Source: Gammaproteobacteria bacterium
GTDB taxonomy: Bacteria > Pseudomonadota > Gammaproteobacteria > Arenicellales > JAANXG01
Assembly: GCA_024639325.1 (NCBI GenBank)
Contig: JAHEIO010000009.1
Location: 14 to 64,013, forward strand
Direction of reading: 5' to 3'
Length of the DNA stretch: 64,000 nucleotides
Part shown: positions 8,467 through 18,345 of the stretch, in pieces
Position numbering within the stretch: the first letter of the stretch is position 1
Layout of the letters: each line of letters starts with the position of its first letter
Made by a program: the position numbers and the translations under genes
Notes under the pieces: model-generated
Told to the model about the DNA's origin: nothing
Seen by the model: only the letters and a program-made list of their open reading frames with translations
Database searches by the model: none

Positions 8467-9407
8467 AGCGACGACCGGATGCGCGGATCGAGCCACGCGT
8501 TGACGAGGTCGGACAGCGTTGTGCTGATGACGAACAGGACGGTGCTGACCAGCACCGAACCCATGACTACCGGGTAGTTGCGGGTGGTGATGGAATCGAA
8601 GATGAGCTTGCCGATGCCGGGGCGCGCAAAGACGATCTCGGTAAACAGGGCCGCCGACAGCAGGAAGCCCATGCCGACGCCGATGACGGTGACGGTGGGC
8701 AGCACCGCCAGTTTGAGGGCATAGCGAAACACCACAACGCGCTCCGGCAGGCCGTAGGCGCGCGCGGTGCGGATATGGTTCTCGCCCATCACCTCCAACA
8801 TGGAGGCGCGCACCAGCCGCGCCAGGTAGCCGATCCAGGACAGGCCGATGGCGAGGGCGGGCAGTACGATGTGCCTAACCTGATCCCAGAAATTGCCTTG
8901 CTCACCCGCGCCCACCGCAGGGAACCAGTTCAAAGTGACGGCGAATATGAGCAGCGAGTACAGCGCCACCACGAATGCGGGTACGGTAATGCAGGCGACC
9001 GACAGTACGCCGGTGACGCGATCGATCAGCGTATTACGGTGCAGCGCCGAGTAGCAGCCGAGAGGGATGCCGATCACCATGGCGAAGCCTATGGCGGTGA
9101 AGATCAGCCAGAGCGTGTAGGGCAGCTGACCGAACACCATGTCGGCGACGGGCCGATTGGTGATGACGTCCATGCCGAGGTCGCCGCGAAACAGGTTGCC
9201 GAAGAACAGCAGGATCTGAATCGGCAGCGGTTGATCGAGGCCCATCCGGGCGGACATGCCGGCGATGAGTTCAGGCGTCGCGCGCGGCCCGAGCAGGATG
9301 CGTGCGGGATCGCCCGGCACCAGGTGGATCATGCAGAACAGCAGGGTCACCGCCAGCATGACGATAACCACACCGAGCGCGAGGCGCTTGATCAGGTAGA
9401 ACAGCAC
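8463..9407 (-). CDS. ABC transporter permease (DppB/OppB-like)
   Basis: MLFYLIKRLALGVVIVML...HLVPGDPA is a classic DppB/OppB N-terminus. There are about 6 hydrophobic segments. Confidence 0.9.
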   Translation of the reverse strand: MLFYLIKRLALGVVIVMLAVTLLFCMIHLVPGDPARILLGPRATPELIAGMSARMGLDQPLPIQILLFFGNLFRGDLGMDVITNRPVADMVFGQLPYTLWLIFTAIGFAMVIGIPLGCYSALHRNTLIDRVTGVLSVACITVPAFVVALYSLLIFAVTLNWFPAVGAGEQGNFWDQVRHIVLPALAIGLSWIGYLARLVRASMLEVMGENHIRTARAYGLPERVVVFRYALKLAVLPTVTVIGVGMGFLLSAALFTEIVFARPGIGKLIFDSITTRNYPVVMGSVLVSTVLFVISTTLSDLVNAWLDPRIRSSL

Positions 9408-9428
9408 TCGCGCCCCCGATCGGGGCGA

Positions 9429-11015
9429 TCAGGCCGCGGAGAAGTTGCGCAGCAGTGGCAGGCCGTCCGGCCGGAACGCCGGTTTAATGGTGTTGCGATA
9501 GATCACCGGCGTCGCCTCGTGGGTGATGAAGCGGTAGGCGCCGCTCTCTTCCATCATGTCCTGCATTTTCTGATACATCTGGTGGCGTGCGGCCTGGTCG
9601 GAGTTGGCTTTGGCAGCCGCTTCCAGTTTGTCGAACTCGGCGTCGCTGTACCACTCCCAGTTCCAGACGCCGCGCTGATCGGTGACGAACCACGCCGTGG
9701 CATAGGAGGGGTCCGGAGCCATGGAGAAGCGATTCAGGATGAGCTGCACATCCTTGTAGCGTTCGCCGGCGCTCTTGTCTCCGAGAGACCAGAATGCACC
9801 GGACTCGTGCAGGTTCACGTCGACGTTTATACCGGCCTGTGCACAAGTGGCTTGAATGACCTGTGCGGTGGTGACGTTGGCGGCCTTGTTGAGAACATCG
9901 AGCGTGACCGAGGCGCTGTCCATACCGGCGGCGGCGAGATATTCCTTCGCCTTGGTGATGTCGGCGGTGGGAGGAACCATACTTTTTTCACGGTGGCCGA
10001 TTAGCCCAGGCGCGATGATGCCGGTGGCCGCGCCGGCGGCGCCGAAGTAGGACGCCTGCAGAATCGAAGGCACGTCAATGCAGTGCTGGATGGCCTTGCG
10101 CAGGTTCTGATTGGAAGTCACCTCGTTCTCGACGTTCATTCCCACCCAAACGTAGTAAAGCGAGGGATAGTCTTCAACGGTCGAGTTCTCCGGTGGTGAT
10201 GCTTTTAGGTTGACCACCGCGCTCAGGGAAACCCGGGTGTAGTCGATGTCGCCGGATTCGAAGGCGATCTGCGCGGTGTTCTCGTCGTCGATCGGGAATA
10301 TGTGAATCTCGTCGAAGGCCGCGGTGCCGCCGTGCCAGTCCGGGTTGCGCGCAAGGATGGTCTTCTGCTTGGGCTGCCATTCCTTGTGCACGTAGGGACC
10401 GGAGCCGCAGGGGGTGGTGGTGTCGATCCTGCCGCCGGCTTCCTCCCACGCTTTCTTGCAGACGATGTTGCCAACGATATAGGGCAGGGCGATGTTCCAG
10501 GCGGGCGGGTAGGGCTCATCGAATACGATGGTGCCCTCGTACTTGCCGTCGACGACGACTTCTTTCAGTGAACCCCAGTCCGGCTTGTTGGTGGACTCGA
10601 CCTTTTCGTCGAGTATCCGCTCGAAGGAGTACTTGACGTCTTCGGCGGTCATCTCGCCGTAGCCGTTGGTGAACATGATGTCCTGCTTGAGCTTGAACTT
10701 GATGTGGGTATCGTCTAACTGCTCTAAGGACTCCGCTGCGTCGAGCTGCCAGCCCCATTCACGACCGGGCTTGTACTGGATCAGCTTGCTATAGATGCAG
10801 CTGTGAATTTCCTCGTCGGTGATTCCCTGGGAGAGCGCGGGGTCCAGGCTGCGCATGTCGGCGTAGGCGCGAACTTTCAGGATCTTCTTGCCCTGCGCGT
10901 AGACGATCTGTGGCAGTGCACCGGTGGCCGCGGCGAATCCCAGCGCGCCGGAAGTCTGCAGGAACTGCCTGCGATCGGGATTTAAAATCAGTTTGTTTCG
11001 CTGCTTCGTCTGCAT
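9429..11015 (-). CDS. ABC transporter substrate-binding protein, family 5 (peptide/nickel/opine type), Tat signal
   Basis: Start taken at ATG 11015 (MQTKQRNK...). A twin-arginine motif DRRQFLQTSGALGFAAATGA is followed by AQG. The length and composition fit family-5 SBPs. Confidence 0.85.
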   Translation of the reverse strand: MQTKQRNKLILNPDRRQFLQTSGALGFAAATGALPQIVYAQGKKILKVRAYADMRSLDPALSQGITDEEIHSCIYSKLIQYKPGREWGWQLDAAESLEQLDDTHIKFKLKQDIMFTNGYGEMTAEDVKYSFERILDEKVESTNKPDWGSLKEVVVDGKYEGTIVFDEPYPPAWNIALPYIVGNIVCKKAWEEAGGRIDTTTPCGSGPYVHKEWQPKQKTILARNPDWHGGTAAFDEIHIFPIDDENTAQIAFESGDIDYTRVSLSAVVNLKASPPENSTVEDYPSLYYVWVGMNVENEVTSNQNLRKAIQHCIDVPSILQASYFGAAGAATGIIAPGLIGHREKSMVPPTADITKAKEYLAAAGMDSASVTLDVLNKAANVTTAQVIQATCAQAGINVDVNLHESGAFWSLGDKSAGERYKDVQLILNRFSMAPDPSYATAWFVTDQRGVWNWEWYSDAEFDKLEAAAKANSDQAARHQMYQKMQDMMEESGAYRFITHEATPVIYRNTIKPAFRPDGLPLLRNFSAA

Positions 11016-11223
11016 TGCGTTCTCTCCTCCAGGGGTGGATCGGGACGGATCCCGATCGGTGGTGATATTTGATTCTGCAAAATTCGACGCGAATAACACA
11101 AGTGGGGATTTTTCCTGATACTTGCCGCCTGGCGGCAAATTATTATGATTGGTGAATTATTACAAGAGAAAACGGACGAAATCGAATTTACGTCAACCGG
11201 GACGATTTACAGTCTGTAGCAAT

Positions 11224-11985
11224 TCAGAAATCCTTCATACGCCGGGTGGTCTCCGGATTCAGGAATGCGTCCACCGTTGCTTCGGTTTCCAACTCGATGG
11301 CTCTGTTCAGATCGGTCATTGCAACCTGATTTAGCACGCGCTTCATCGCTCGCACCGATTCAGAAGGCAGGGCACTTAGCTTCCGGGCCACGGTAGCCGC
11401 TTCTTCCATCAGCCGGTCGCCGCTGACGACGCGCCACGCGACGCCGAATTGGAGCAGTTCACCGGCCTCGTACTGCTGTCCGAGGAACAGCATCTCGCGG
11501 GCCCTGTTGAGGCCGACCATCGCGGGCAGCAATGAGGTCACACCGCCGGTGGTGAATATGCCGAGCGAAACTTCGGGGAAAAATCCTCTGGCGCCATTGG
11601 CCCAGATGGGGAAGTCGCAGTTGATCGCCCATTCGAATCCGCCGCCCACCGCCCAGCCTTTGATGGCGCCGACCGTAGGCTTGGCTCCGAAGGCAATGCT
11701 GCGCGTCGCGTGTTGAATTGCCCCGACCAGATCGCGGGCTTCCGCTTCGTTTTCAGGTTGACTGTGTTCCTTGCGGTCGTCGCCGGCGCAGAATGCACGA
11801 CCCGCACCGGTAAAGATGATTGACCTCGTCGACCCGTCGGCATTGGCGTCGTCGAAGGCCCGCGCAACGTCGTCGATCAGCTGCCGGTTCATAGCGTTCA
11901 GGGAATCCGGCCGGTTCAGGGAGATGGTTCGCACACCGTGTTCATCGATCTCGCTCAGCACGGTCCGATAGTCGAATGGATTCAT
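11224..11985 (-). CDS. enoyl-CoA hydratase/isomerase (crotonase) family protein
   Basis: 253 aa with ISLNRPDSLNAM, FTGAGRAFCAGDD and GWAVGGGFEWAINCD crotonase-fold motifs. Overlaps the upstream ligase stop by 4 nt. Confidence 0.85.
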   Translation of the reverse strand: MNPFDYRTVLSEIDEHGVRTISLNRPDSLNAMNRQLIDDVARAFDDANADGSTRSIIFTGAGRAFCAGDDRKEHSQPENEAEARDLVGAIQHATRSIAFGAKPTVGAIKGWAVGGGFEWAINCDFPIWANGARGFFPEVSLGIFTTGGVTSLLPAMVGLNRAREMLFLGQQYEAGELLQFGVAWRVVSGDRLMEEAATVARKLSALPSESVRAMKRVLNQVAMTDLNRAIELETEATVDAFLNPETTRRMKDF

Positions 11986-13286
11986 CTATAGCTCCGGATG
12001 ACCCGCCGCGTTTTCCCTTCGGTTACCGGGAACGAACCGTGCGGCAGGGTAGTGACTTTTGCTGTGGCGCCCAGCCTGGATTTGATGACTTGCTCGATTG
12101 CATCGGCGAGCCCGATTTCGTTTTTCCGACCCTCGGCCAGTTCCACCCGGATCGGCAGAAAATCATGCGGCGGTTCGTGGTCGAGGACGATGCGGTAGTC
12201 GCCCGACAGTTCCGCGAAGCCTGTGACTACCGCGGCGACCATGCTCGGAAAGAGGTTGATTCCGCGAATGATTACCATGTCGTCGCTGCGGCCGATGACA
12301 CGGAAACGCATGCCGCTGCGGCCGCACTCGCAGGTGTTCGTTTCATCGACGGCAACGATGTCGCCGGTGCGAAAGCGAACCAGGGGTTGGCAATCCCTTC
12401 GCAGATGTGTCAGCACCAGTTCGCCCCGCTGGCCGGGTTCGATGTCGAACGGCGCTTCGCTCCCGGGGTCGATTAGTTCGGGATACAGGACGTCACCCGC
12501 CAGGAAGTGCAGCCGGGTATCGAGTGCACACTGCGCGGCGAAATTCGAGAAGACGTCCGATACCCCGTAGTTGGCGTTGCGCGGTTCCATGCCCCAGGTG
12601 ACGAGGATGCGCTCGCGCAGCGCGGGATCATCAAGCCCCGCCTCACCGCCGAACAGACCGAGCTTTAGCCCGAGGTCCCGGGGTCGAACGTCGGCGAATC
12701 GTTCCGCCAGTACACGCTCGAGGACCGCGGGGTAGGAGGGGGTGCAGGAGATGGCGTTGATGCCGATCTCACGGATCGTGCGGATCAACAGCTCCGTGTT
12801 TCCTGCGCCAAAAGGCACCACTGTCGCCCCGGTTCGCTCCAGTGTCAGATGGTCGGTCACCCCGCCCATCCACATCTGGTAGTTGAGGCAGTGGACGACC
12901 GTGTGCGCTGGGGTCAGCCCCGCGGCACGTTGGCTGCGCCCCCCAACCGACTCCACGATCCCGCAGTCCCTTTCGGACAGTGCAAGGTTCATGGCCTGAC
13001 CGGTCGTTCCGGATGTGCGGTGGAGTCGAGATACCGATTCAGGGCTGGTCGCCAGATAGTCCCCGAAAGGCGGGTGATTTGCCTGGGACTTCCGCAGCTG
13101 TGTTTTCGACGACAGCGGCAGCAACGGCAAATCGCGCAGGTCCTCAGGTGGATTACGTCCACGCCATAGTGCGTTGTAAAAAGAAGAATGGTGCAAAACA
13201 TGCTCGCGCTGCGCCGCCCAGGCCGACTGTTGATATGGCAGCAGTTCGGTCGGGGTCATCGTTTCTGCGTGTTGCAAAGGTATCAC
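11982..13286 (-). CDS. phenylacetate-CoA ligase family (PaaK / F390-synthetase-like) adenylating enzyme
   Basis: 434 aa with the AMP-binding motif TSGTTGQ, then PSY...FGGE, and GRSDDMVIIRGINLFPS near the C-terminus as in PaaK. It is more divergent than a canonical PaaK. Confidence 0.8.
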   Translation of the reverse strand: MIPLQHAETMTPTELLPYQQSAWAAQREHVLHHSSFYNALWRGRNPPEDLRDLPLLPLSSKTQLRKSQANHPPFGDYLATSPESVSRLHRTSGTTGQAMNLALSERDCGIVESVGGRSQRAAGLTPAHTVVHCLNYQMWMGGVTDHLTLERTGATVVPFGAGNTELLIRTIREIGINAISCTPSYPAVLERVLAERFADVRPRDLGLKLGLFGGEAGLDDPALRERILVTWGMEPRNANYGVSDVFSNFAAQCALDTRLHFLAGDVLYPELIDPGSEAPFDIEPGQRGELVLTHLRRDCQPLVRFRTGDIVAVDETNTCECGRSGMRFRVIGRSDDMVIIRGINLFPSMVAAVVTGFAELSGDYRIVLDHEPPHDFLPIRVELAEGRKNEIGLADAIEQVIKSRLGATAKVTTLPHGSFPVTEGKTRRVIRSYR

Positions 13287-13584
13287 GCGAGCTGGTATCG
13301 GAGCGGCGCCCTTGCCGGGATGCGTCGGCCTACATGATCATCGTGGGCATTCACCCGGGTCGAGATCGATGGAATTGCACCTCGATACCGGCGCGTAGTC
13401 GACAACGACTCCGCTGCCGCCGCAGCCCGAAATTACGGCAATCGTCAGGCATGCCGTCAGTGCCAACCATAGTCTTGTTTGCTTCATTCGTAATCTTTCT
13501 GTCAGGTTCCGTTGGGTTTATCTTTGGTCGACGGGTTACGCCAACATTTCATGTCAATTGTACACCGCGGCACCGACAATAGGT

Positions 13585-14811
13585 TCATTGCCGACGGAAC
13601 CTTCTTAGGCCGGCAATCAACAGTAACGTTGTCAGCGTGCACCATACCGCAAAAGCGAGGCTCACGTCTTCGATGCCGAAGCCCCGGTCGAGCATGGCGC
13701 CAATGGTGACCGGACCCATCGCGCTGGCAAAGACGCCCAGTGAACCCACCAGCGACTTGATTGCGCCAAGATACCGGGCGCCGTAGAGTTCGGCCCACAG
13801 GGCGCTGATTGCGGTGAAATAAATGCCGGTATTGATGCCGATCAGGACCATGTACGGGATCACCCATAAGGGATCCTTTGCGGGCACTAGCAGCAACAGC
13901 GCGGCGATCAACGGAGCGAGATAAAAAGGAACCACGCGGGCGGCGGTGAAGCGGTCGATCAACGGCCCCGCAATCAGCGACGTCATTACGGTGCAAAGTG
14001 CATATACCCAATAATTACTGGTCACCCAGAGGCCGGACCAGCCTTTGCCTTCGGCAAGCGAAAGATGGTGAAAAAAAAGTGCCGTGAGGACGTACGACGG
14101 AGTCAGCACTGCGGGAAGTATCAGATAAAAACGACCTTCGCTCAGCATCTCGCGCCGTGACTTGCTCACCAGGGTACGCTCGTCTTCCCTTTGCATCGCG
14201 CTGATATGTGCCGCATGACGTTCGCTCTGACCGCGCAGCAACCACAAAATGATCGCCAGCAACGAAATCACGCATAGTGCGGTCAGCAGGTAGGACGGGC
14301 GCCAGCCTGCCGCGGCAATGGCTATAACGGCAAGAAACGGCAGCACGGCCTCGCCGAGCGAAAATCCCATGGACGCGATCGCGATGGCCTTGCCTCGATC
14401 GCCGGTCATGTAGCGCGCCATTGATGTGATCGCCGCATGGCTGCTGAGTCCCTGGCCGAACTGGCGAAGTAAAAAAATTGCAAAGGTGAGTGCGATTACG
14501 GTTGGCGCAAGGCTGATCGTCACGCAAGCCAGGGCGAGACCCACCACAACGGCGGCGACATAGCGGCGAAGATCTACGCGGTCGATGAGTTGCCCGCTCC
14601 AGGGCAGGACGAGCGCGCTGGAAAGCGTGCCGATCAGGTAGATGCCGCCCCATTGGGTATGGGTCAGTTGGAAGGTTTGCCGTATTTCAGGCCCGAATAT
14701 CCCGATGAAATGGGTTTGCCCCGCACTCGATACCAATGTCAGCAGACACCCGAAGGCGAGAAAGCGGGCGTGGCGCCGCGCGAACGCGACGTATCCGTAA
14801 ACGAGTCGCAA
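13585..14811 (-). CDS. MFS transporter
   Basis: 408 aa with about 12 hydrophobic segments and an MFS-like loop (DRVDLRRY). The out-of-frame same-strand ORFs nested within or overlapping its 3' end are judged shadows. Confidence 0.8.
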   Translation of the reverse strand: MRLVYGYVAFARRHARFLAFGCLLTLVSSAGQTHFIGIFGPEIRQTFQLTHTQWGGIYLIGTLSSALVLPWSGQLIDRVDLRRYVAAVVVGLALACVTISLAPTVIALTFAIFLLRQFGQGLSSHAAITSMARYMTGDRGKAIAIASMGFSLGEAVLPFLAVIAIAAAGWRPSYLLTALCVISLLAIILWLLRGQSERHAAHISAMQREDERTLVSKSRREMLSEGRFYLILPAVLTPSYVLTALFFHHLSLAEGKGWSGLWVTSNYWVYALCTVMTSLIAGPLIDRFTAARVVPFYLAPLIAALLLLVPAKDPLWVIPYMVLIGINTGIYFTAISALWAELYGARYLGAIKSLVGSLGVFASAMGPVTIGAMLDRGFGIEDVSLAFAVWCTLTTLLLIAGLRRFRRQ

Positions 14812-14998
14812 TTAAAGGTGTCGGGAAGCTACCGGAGCCTGCCGGATCGATGTTTGCAGGTCGTGGGATGACACGCAATTACGCGCACCGGCGGCCGCCC
14901 TGGTGAGTCGAGGTGGTCATGACATTTGCTCCGCTTACTGCAAGAATCGTGGCCGTCCTGACTATACACGATGTCCGGGGAAACATGGATTCAACGCT

Positions 14999-15919
14999 AT
15001 GAGCGAACGACCATCGCTGCTGACTGCCAGTCTCGGCATGCTGCTGGTCGCGCTGCTGTGGGGCGCACAGGTGCCGGTGGTGAACCAGCTGGCGGAGAGG
15101 TGGGACCCGTTTTTTCTGGCCTTGGTGCGCTACCTCGTTGCGCTGCCCGTGATCTGGGTATTACTGCGCGTGTTTGAACCGGGCGGGCCTGCACTATCGC
15201 GAGGTAGTGTCGTCAGGCTGTTCGGGCTCGGCCTGGGCACCAGCGGCTTCGCCGTGTTTTATATGTTCGGCGTGGCGTGGTCGAACCCGGTAACCGCCGC
15301 GTTGATCGTTGCGGGCAGTCCGATAGTCAATGGTCTGGTTGCCTGGGGGATCGGGGGCGCTCGGCCTTCGAGTGGAGTGCTCGCGGGTCTGTTCCTGGTC
15401 GTTCCGGGCGGTGTCCTCGCCACTGTCGACTGGCGGGAAGGCGGTGCCGCATTGAACCTGAGCGGCGGCGAGCCGATGATCCTGTTCGCCATCATCTGCT
15501 GGGCCTGGTACTCGCTGATGGCGCAGCGATGGCTGCCGAATTGCTCGCAGTTTCGAATTACGGCATTGAGTGTGATTGCGACGCTTCCGATCTTGATCTT
15601 CGTGTACGGGTTGGCTGTATTGTTCGGGGCGACGTACAGGCCGCTCGACGGCATCAACAGCGTCGACCTTGTTCTGTTCTTCTATCTGGCGATAGGTGTG
15701 CTGGTCATTGCGGTTACATTGTGGCACCGGGGCGTCGCAATTATGGGTCTCGGCGTTGCTTCAATGTATCTCAATCTGGTCCCGATCGTGGCCATCCTGA
15801 TCGCCATGGTGCTGGGTGTCATGCCGCGTGCCGGGCAAATTATCGGAGGTGTGCTGGTGCTGGCAGGATTGATTGTCGCTCAGTTGGTCGACCGACGTGG
15901 ATCATTTCCACAGCGATGA
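14999..15919 (+). CDS. DMT superfamily (EamA-like) transporter
   Basis: Start taken at ATG 14999 (MSERPSLL). There are about 10 TM segments in two EamA-like halves. Confidence 0.8.
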   Translation: MSERPSLLTASLGMLLVALLWGAQVPVVNQLAERWDPFFLALVRYLVALPVIWVLLRVFEPGGPALSRGSVVRLFGLGLGTSGFAVFYMFGVAWSNPVTAALIVAGSPIVNGLVAWGIGGARPSSGVLAGLFLVVPGGVLATVDWREGGAALNLSGGEPMILFAIICWAWYSLMAQRWLPNCSQFRITALSVIATLPILIFVYGLAVLFGATYRPLDGINSVDLVLFFYLAIGVLVIAVTLWHRGVAIMGLGVASMYLNLVPIVAILIAMVLGVMPRAGQIIGGVLVLAGLIVAQLVDRRGSFPQR

Positions 15920-16079
15920 ACGCTGCGGGAGACCCAGTGAGTCTATCCCGAGGATGCTTGGCTCGTTCAGCTAATCGTGCTAGCTTGCATTAATTGCCAT
16001 TCAATCTTCGCCGGGCGGAAAATACGGCAATTGGATTCCGGCTGGTGGCACCAATCCGATCAACCTTTTGGCAAACGAA

Positions 16080-18329
16080 ATGAAAATTCTCAAGATAACG
16101 ACGCTGTTTGCCGCACTGCTATTTACCTGTTTGATGGTCACACAGGGTGGACAGGCTTCCGCCCGGAGCAGCGAGGCCGGGAGTGAAGAGGTCGTCGTTC
16201 CCGAGGCGCTTGGTCCTGAAGCCATCAGCGAACTGGTGTCGAAGCTCGACGCGGAACAGACGGAGGCATTGTCCAGTCTGATCACGCTGTTGAGCAAGTC
16301 CGCCGCCACCGTAGCGGAAACCCCCACTGCTGCCGGGGACGCTTCATTCATCGAGTCCATCGAAGGTCGGTTAGAGGGAATCGGCGACTATTTGGTGGCG
16401 CAGGCCGTCAATCTGCCCGAAATGTTTGCCGGTATCGGTACGGCAATTACATCCCTCTTTGAAGGCAGGGACTTCGACGGTGGCTTACTGCTGGTCGGTA
16501 TCTTCGTGCTCATCATCGTCATCGCCGCGGCAACGGAATGGGCCTACAATCGCGCCACCGTAAAGTGGCGCAGCGATATCCGGGAAACCAGTCCGGACGG
16601 TCTCGCTGATATCCTGAAGCTGCTCTCATTCCGGGCCCTGGTGCAGATCAGCAGCCTGATCGTTTTTACCGTTGCGGCGCTGTTCGCGGCACATCTTCTA
16701 TACACCAATGAACTGGATGAACTGATCGCCACGACGTTCTTCCTACATGCCGTTCTGATACCCCGATTTTCAGCGGCGATTCTACGCTTCGTTCTCGCTC
16801 CAAACCGTTCGGACCTGCGTCTGGTATCCACTGACGATCAGACGGCGAACTACATCTACAAGCAGATGGTTCTCATTGCAGCCGTCATTGGCGCGGTGCT
16901 GTTTGTTGCCGCCGCAATGAATTACTTCAGGATCGATGTTCGGGTAACGTTTCGATTCTGGGCAGGCCTGCTCATCACGGCCTGGGTCATCTATGTCACG
17001 TGGAGAGCGCGCAGTGGCCTGACCGACATCATCAAGGGCGACGAACAGCACCTGACCCCCGGGCTGGAACGGGTGGCCGCCTGGTGGCCCGGTTTATCCA
17101 TCATTTACATTGCCCTCGACTGGTTGACGAAGCAATTCTCGCTGAGCATGGGGGCGGAAACGATATCGCCGGGCCGCAGCGCGGTGTCGCTGGCGCTGAT
17201 CGTCGTTGCACCGTTTTTGGATACCATGGTGCGGGGAATAGCGGCAAATCTGGTACCGGCTATGGCCGGCGAGGGCGCCGTCGCGGAGAAAGCGTACAAG
17301 GAAACCCGCCTGTGTTACGTGCGCATGGGACGGGTAGTCTTATTTGCGCTGCTGATTATCCTAATCGCGAAGCTCAGGGGACTGAACCTCTACAACCTGA
17401 CCGAAACCGGTTTGGGCTCGACCATCGCCGCGAACGGCGTGGGTTTTCTTCTCGTCCTCGCGGCGGGCTACCTGGCCTGGGAGGTCACCAACCTCTGGAT
17501 CAATCGACGGCTGGCCCATGAAATCCCGGTGGAACAGGGTGCGACAGAGGGCGGTGAGGCGGGTGGTATGGGTCTGTCCCGCATGGCGACGATTCTGCCG
17601 ATTGTGCGCATGGCGCTGCAGGCCTCGATCATTACCATCACCGTGCTGCTGGCGCTGAGCCAGCTCGGTGTCAACATCACGCCGCTTCTGGCCGGCGCGG
17701 GCGTGCTGGGGCTGGCCATCGGCTTCGGTGCACAGACGCTGGTCAAGGATGTGGTATCGGGGGTTTTCTTTCTGTTGGACGACGCGTTCCGCGTCGGCGA
17801 GTACATCGATGTGGGCGGAACCGAAGGCACGGTCGAAAAGATCTTGATCAGGTCGCTGCAGCTGCGTGGCGCCACCGGCCCGGTGCACATCGTCCCCTAT
17901 GGCTCCATGTCCATGCTGACCAACATGAGCCGGGACTGGGTGACGATGAAATTGAAATTCACCGTGCCCTTCGATACCGATCTCGAAAAAGTGCGCAAGA
18001 TATTCAAAAAGATCGGCCAGCAACTCCAGGAAGTGCCCGAGTATGCCGAGGACCTGATTTCTCCCTTCAAATCGCAGGGTGGTGTTGATGTGACCGATGT
18101 CGGTATCGTCGTCCGGGGCAAATTTACCACCAAGCCGGGCGGGCAGTGGGGTCTGCGCAAGGAGATTTACACCCGGGTGCAGCGGGCGTTCGAGGAAAAC
18201 GGCATCGAATTTGCCCGCAAGGAAGTCCGGGTCCGCTGGTCTGACGACGAGGAAGAGCGGCCGCTCACCCCGGAACAAAAACAAGCCGTATCCGGCGCCG
18301 CGGCCGATGCCGCGGAGCGCCCGGCCTGA
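16080..18329 (+). CDS. mechanosensitive ion channel family protein (large MscS/MscK-like)
   Basis: Signal-like MKILKITTLFAALLFTCLMV at the N-terminus and many TM segments. The conserved MscS core is GFGAQTLVKDVVSGVFFLLDDAFRVGEYIDV. ATG 16080 is preferred to TTG 16068. Confidence 0.85.
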   Translation: MKILKITTLFAALLFTCLMVTQGGQASARSSEAGSEEVVVPEALGPEAISELVSKLDAEQTEALSSLITLLSKSAATVAETPTAAGDASFIESIEGRLEGIGDYLVAQAVNLPEMFAGIGTAITSLFEGRDFDGGLLLVGIFVLIIVIAAATEWAYNRATVKWRSDIRETSPDGLADILKLLSFRALVQISSLIVFTVAALFAAHLLYTNELDELIATTFFLHAVLIPRFSAAILRFVLAPNRSDLRLVSTDDQTANYIYKQMVLIAAVIGAVLFVAAAMNYFRIDVRVTFRFWAGLLITAWVIYVTWRARSGLTDIIKGDEQHLTPGLERVAAWWPGLSIIYIALDWLTKQFSLSMGAETISPGRSAVSLALIVVAPFLDTMVRGIAANLVPAMAGEGAVAEKAYKETRLCYVRMGRVVLFALLIILIAKLRGLNLYNLTETGLGSTIAANGVGFLLVLAAGYLAWEVTNLWINRRLAHEIPVEQGATEGGEAGGMGLSRMATILPIVRMALQASIITITVLLALSQLGVNITPLLAGAGVLGLAIGFGAQTLVKDVVSGVFFLLDDAFRVGEYIDVGGTEGTVEKILIRSLQLRGATGPVHIVPYGSMSMLTNMSRDWVTMKLKFTVPFDTDLEKVRKIFKKIGQQLQEVPEYAEDLISPFKSQGGVDVTDVGIVVRGKFTTKPGGQWGLRKEIYTRVQRAFEENGIEFARKEVRVRWSDDEEERPLTPEQKQAVSGAAADAAERPA

Positions 18330-18345
18330 TTGGCAGCCTAATTAC

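Noticed and set aside
8775-10004. 409-aa ORF antisense to the DppB-like permease and the SBP gene.
   Set aside because: It spans two real genes on the other strand. It is extremely Arg/Gly/His/Asp-rich with no recognisable fold.
12980-13582. 200-aa + strand ORF reaching into the 13287-13584 intergenic region.
   Set aside because: Most of it is antisense to the PaaK-like gene, and I see no RBS or family resemblance. Only the last ~100 aa lie in non-coding DNA.
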